The translations under genes were made by a program, and so were the position numbers. Below, piece by piece: positions 61,299 through 64,000 of a stretch of DNA of 64,000 nt. The notes under the pieces are model-generated. The model saw nothing but the letters and a program-made list of their open reading frames with translations, searched no databases and had not been told where the DNA came from. Source of the stretch: a virus; the IMG/VR virus record IMGVR_UViG_3300047994_000087, positions 64,001-128,000 of that record; one strand, 5' to 3'. Each line of letters starts with the position of its first letter. Positions within the stretch are counted from its first letter, which is position 1.

Positions 61299-63289
61299 TT
61301 CTCCTTGCCATACACACGCATCTTGTACAGATCGTCTCGACTCATTTCTATAACCTCTTTGGCATTATTAGTCTTCTTCCAACCACACCCCCAACCATCC
61401 TCTTCCCACAAGCAGTCGAAGCATTTACGGCGCGGTGGAAACGCCCCTCCCATATTCAGGGGTGTGTACTCACACTCTGCCACTTTGGTGTGCTTGCACT
61501 TCCTCTGTGTCTCAGCAATGAGTTCTGACTGTTCTTTGATGAGCTTATTTATTCTATCTTGCAGCCTGTAGATAGGGGGCTTGATTGTTTTGGTCATCCG
61601 TTCTCCCAGAGCTTGTCTGTTAAAGCTCTACTAGTCCGCTCGTGCTCCCGTTTTAACATGTCATATTCAGTGCACAAGGAAACAATCTCCGCCTCTAAAT
61701 TACCTTTAGCGCGAATAGCATCGCCTACTGCTGCCCCATATTCTGGCTTATTGACCAGCATCGACTTTATTTGATTAGCGGACACTAGATCATTAATGAG
61801 CTTGAGTATTTTCTCTGCCCTATTTACAGAATCTTCTTTCATTCATCTATGTCCTCAAATGCTGCTTCGTAAGCATGCGCCCACGACTCCAGTTCTTCTA
61901 GCCGTTGCAATGGCACCCCTATCTTTGCCTCTTTAGGATACTTAGGGTCTGCCGCATACGCCTCCAGCTCGTCATGTAATTTGAGCACGGCCATCGGAGT
62001 ATTATAGTTGATGGCCTGCATGGCCTTCTCAGCCCTGGTCAAATACTCATACCTGTTCCTGGATATGAACTCGCCTATTGCACCACTGTTCTTACAGGGC
62101 TCACTCACCATCAGATAGATCCTGGCTTCCTTACAGATCTTGTCTGCCTCTTCTTCATTTGTCACAGCCCTAAAGCTGTTTTGCAAAGCAGTCGCACGGA
62201 AAGGGTTTCTGTGGTGCCACTTATCCGCATAGAATGAAGCCACAAAGGCGCCGTCCATTACAAGTATCTTGTCGCCGTACTTGGTCTTCAATACTTTTCT
62301 CATTAGACCGACTCCGTGTCTGTGACTTTATAAGCTATACGCTTTGAAGCCTCTTCTATCTTCCCTTCACGCAGCAGACCCTCTAGCTCAAAGTACAACA
62401 CCTCTGCGTCGTCCTCTGAAAGATCGTCGAAGCTTTCATCATTGAGGTCAAATAGGTGTCTCTCATACGGAAGGCCAAATGCCTTAAGCAAAGTAATGGC
62501 AGTGTCTAGACACCCTATCTCACACAAATTTGTTGCTTCATAGATCAAAACATGAACACCTTCACCACATTGGTGATACACACTGGTTAATTTGTACGGC
62601 GTTGTCAGCTCAATCATTACTGCAACCCCGGAAGTGCGTTGATGTACTCCCACACGTGATCTGAACTGCCGGTCTCGGACTCGTGCAATGTGATGTTGAC
62701 TATCTCTTGGAAGTAAATGTTCTCGTCGACACTGTCACTGCCCTGACATTCTTCAAGCTCTTCCAGCTCGCTCACCCACCCTGCAATCATGTCCCGTATT
62801 GCGTCATATCGCTCCGCTTTCTCAGCATCGCTCAAGTCTTCAGTAGGCCCGAACACCTGCGCATCACAGTCGAACTCTTCTTCATTTGTTGGTTCCATTT
62901 ATCTGCTCTCCTTAGTACTTCACCCAGTAACCGTCCCTTGCAAGGATGTCCTCATTAAGACAAATGTCCGTGTTGCCCTTAAACAGCAACCGTCGACTCC
63001 CTATGTTAGCCACCTTCGGTAAGGTGCTTAAAAGAATGAACATCTCTCTTCCACAATCCAAGTAACCAGCTCCAGCGCCACTAATCATGTCCATCAACGG
63101 CCACTGTAGAGTCAGCTTATGCTCCAGATACGAAACATATTCCGGGGGCTCTCGCTTCCATTCAAAGAATGGCGTCTCGCTTTGTTGGGAGAAAAGCATG
63201 AAAGTCGCTTCGCACCACTCCTTCTGTTCCAGCTCTTCGAACTGCTCAGTCAGAGAGTCTTTGTATTCTTCTGCACTCATCTACTTACG

Positions 63290-63930
63290 TCCTCAGTTGT
63301 TTAAAATTGCGGGATTCGCCACTATCGCAGGCGTGGCCCGGACCATCTCTATCGGCTCGATTTTAGTGGTGCGCGTTCTGCAACGTTTACGCCGTATTGC
63401 GTTCAGGTCTCTCACCTGGCAGAGCCACTTTTATTTCACGAGCAGAGTTTGTAACGCCCACTCTCAATACGACTGATGTCAGACCTCCACTCGGTGGAGC
63501 TGGGTTCGGTATGTGCACGACCAGGGCCATCAACAGCCATTCTGACGTATCATACGAATAGAACCAATCAAAAGATCGTTATTCATTCTTCCGTCAAATT
63601 TTTTGGTGTCTGTTGCTTTTTTAGAAAGCCTTCCCCCGTGTAGCAATGGATGGAAAGGCTGATTCGCAGGTAACTCACAACAGACACCAAACTTCTATAA
63701 TTGAGGCGCCTTCTTATCCCCGAAAAACGCCAGCAAGGGTCCGACTTGTCTAGTGATCAGCATCGACTTTACGGAGGGTGCTTTTTCGTCGCACACCAGG
63801 ACACGCTAGAATTCTTATTGTTATACACATAGGTCTTCTAGGACCTTCTGCATTTTTTCGCCGTATAAAAGCAGGAATTGCAGCCTTCCTTCTGGGGTTT
63901 CACCTTAGTGGTTTGCTTTTCAGTCTACGT
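63290..63930 (-). ncRNA. candidate structured non-coding region
   Basis: No ORF of 60 aa or more on the coding strand; 14-bp stem (63602-63615/63678-63691) plus several hairpins. Confidence 0.35.
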
Positions 63931-64000
63931 CACTTCAGGTTCATCATCCCCATACCATTTACTTACTGAGTACAGCAGCCCCGCTTAGTTGTTTCGACAA

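Larger units (their letters stand above)
46595..63280 (-). other. dense run of small co-oriented hypothetical phage genes
   Basis: Abutting or overlapping start/stop codons; mostly 60-200 aa ORFs with no recognisable motifs. Confidence 0.8.

Noticed and set aside
1-64000. Stop-codon reassignment (alternative genetic code)
   Set aside because: Genes tile densely under code 11, all three stops end genes at sensible boundaries, no suppressor anticodon was found, and only one internal TAA was seen.

Overview
This window looks like a 64-kb segment of a large tailed-phage genome, probably a jumbo or T4-like myovirus. It is densely packed with small hypothetical ORFs and I see no host housekeeping operons. 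A + strand block (377-10040) carries speD, a ~750-nt non-coding structured transcript, and a MoxR-type AAA ATPase / DUF3150-like / DUF2201-vWA trio. The rest is almost all - strand. It includes two HslV-like Ntn peptidases, a PLD nuclease and 26 tRNA genes covering all 20 amino acids, interrupted by an HNH endonuclease and an ATP-grasp gene. It also holds thyX, a DUF6745-type protein with a 40x12-bp repeat, phosphatases and a DRB0094-type RNA ligase. The main candidates for something new are four. (1) Sixteen mostly unrelated genes, 13 of them in one array (23344-31249), share an N-terminal M-[ST]-R-A-x-x-[ILF]-L...E leader resembling a capsid-targeting/prohead-protease signal; their cargoes look like kinases, ADP-ribosyltransferases, a transglutaminase-like enzyme and a ParB/Srx domain. 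(2) An 82-nt tmRNA-like gene keeps only the tRNA-like domain. (3) Seven sigma70-type promoters share an operator-like AATAGC...GCTA dyad in an 18-nt spacer. (4) There are several large structured non-coding segments. All calls come from reading the sequence by eye; no searches were run.
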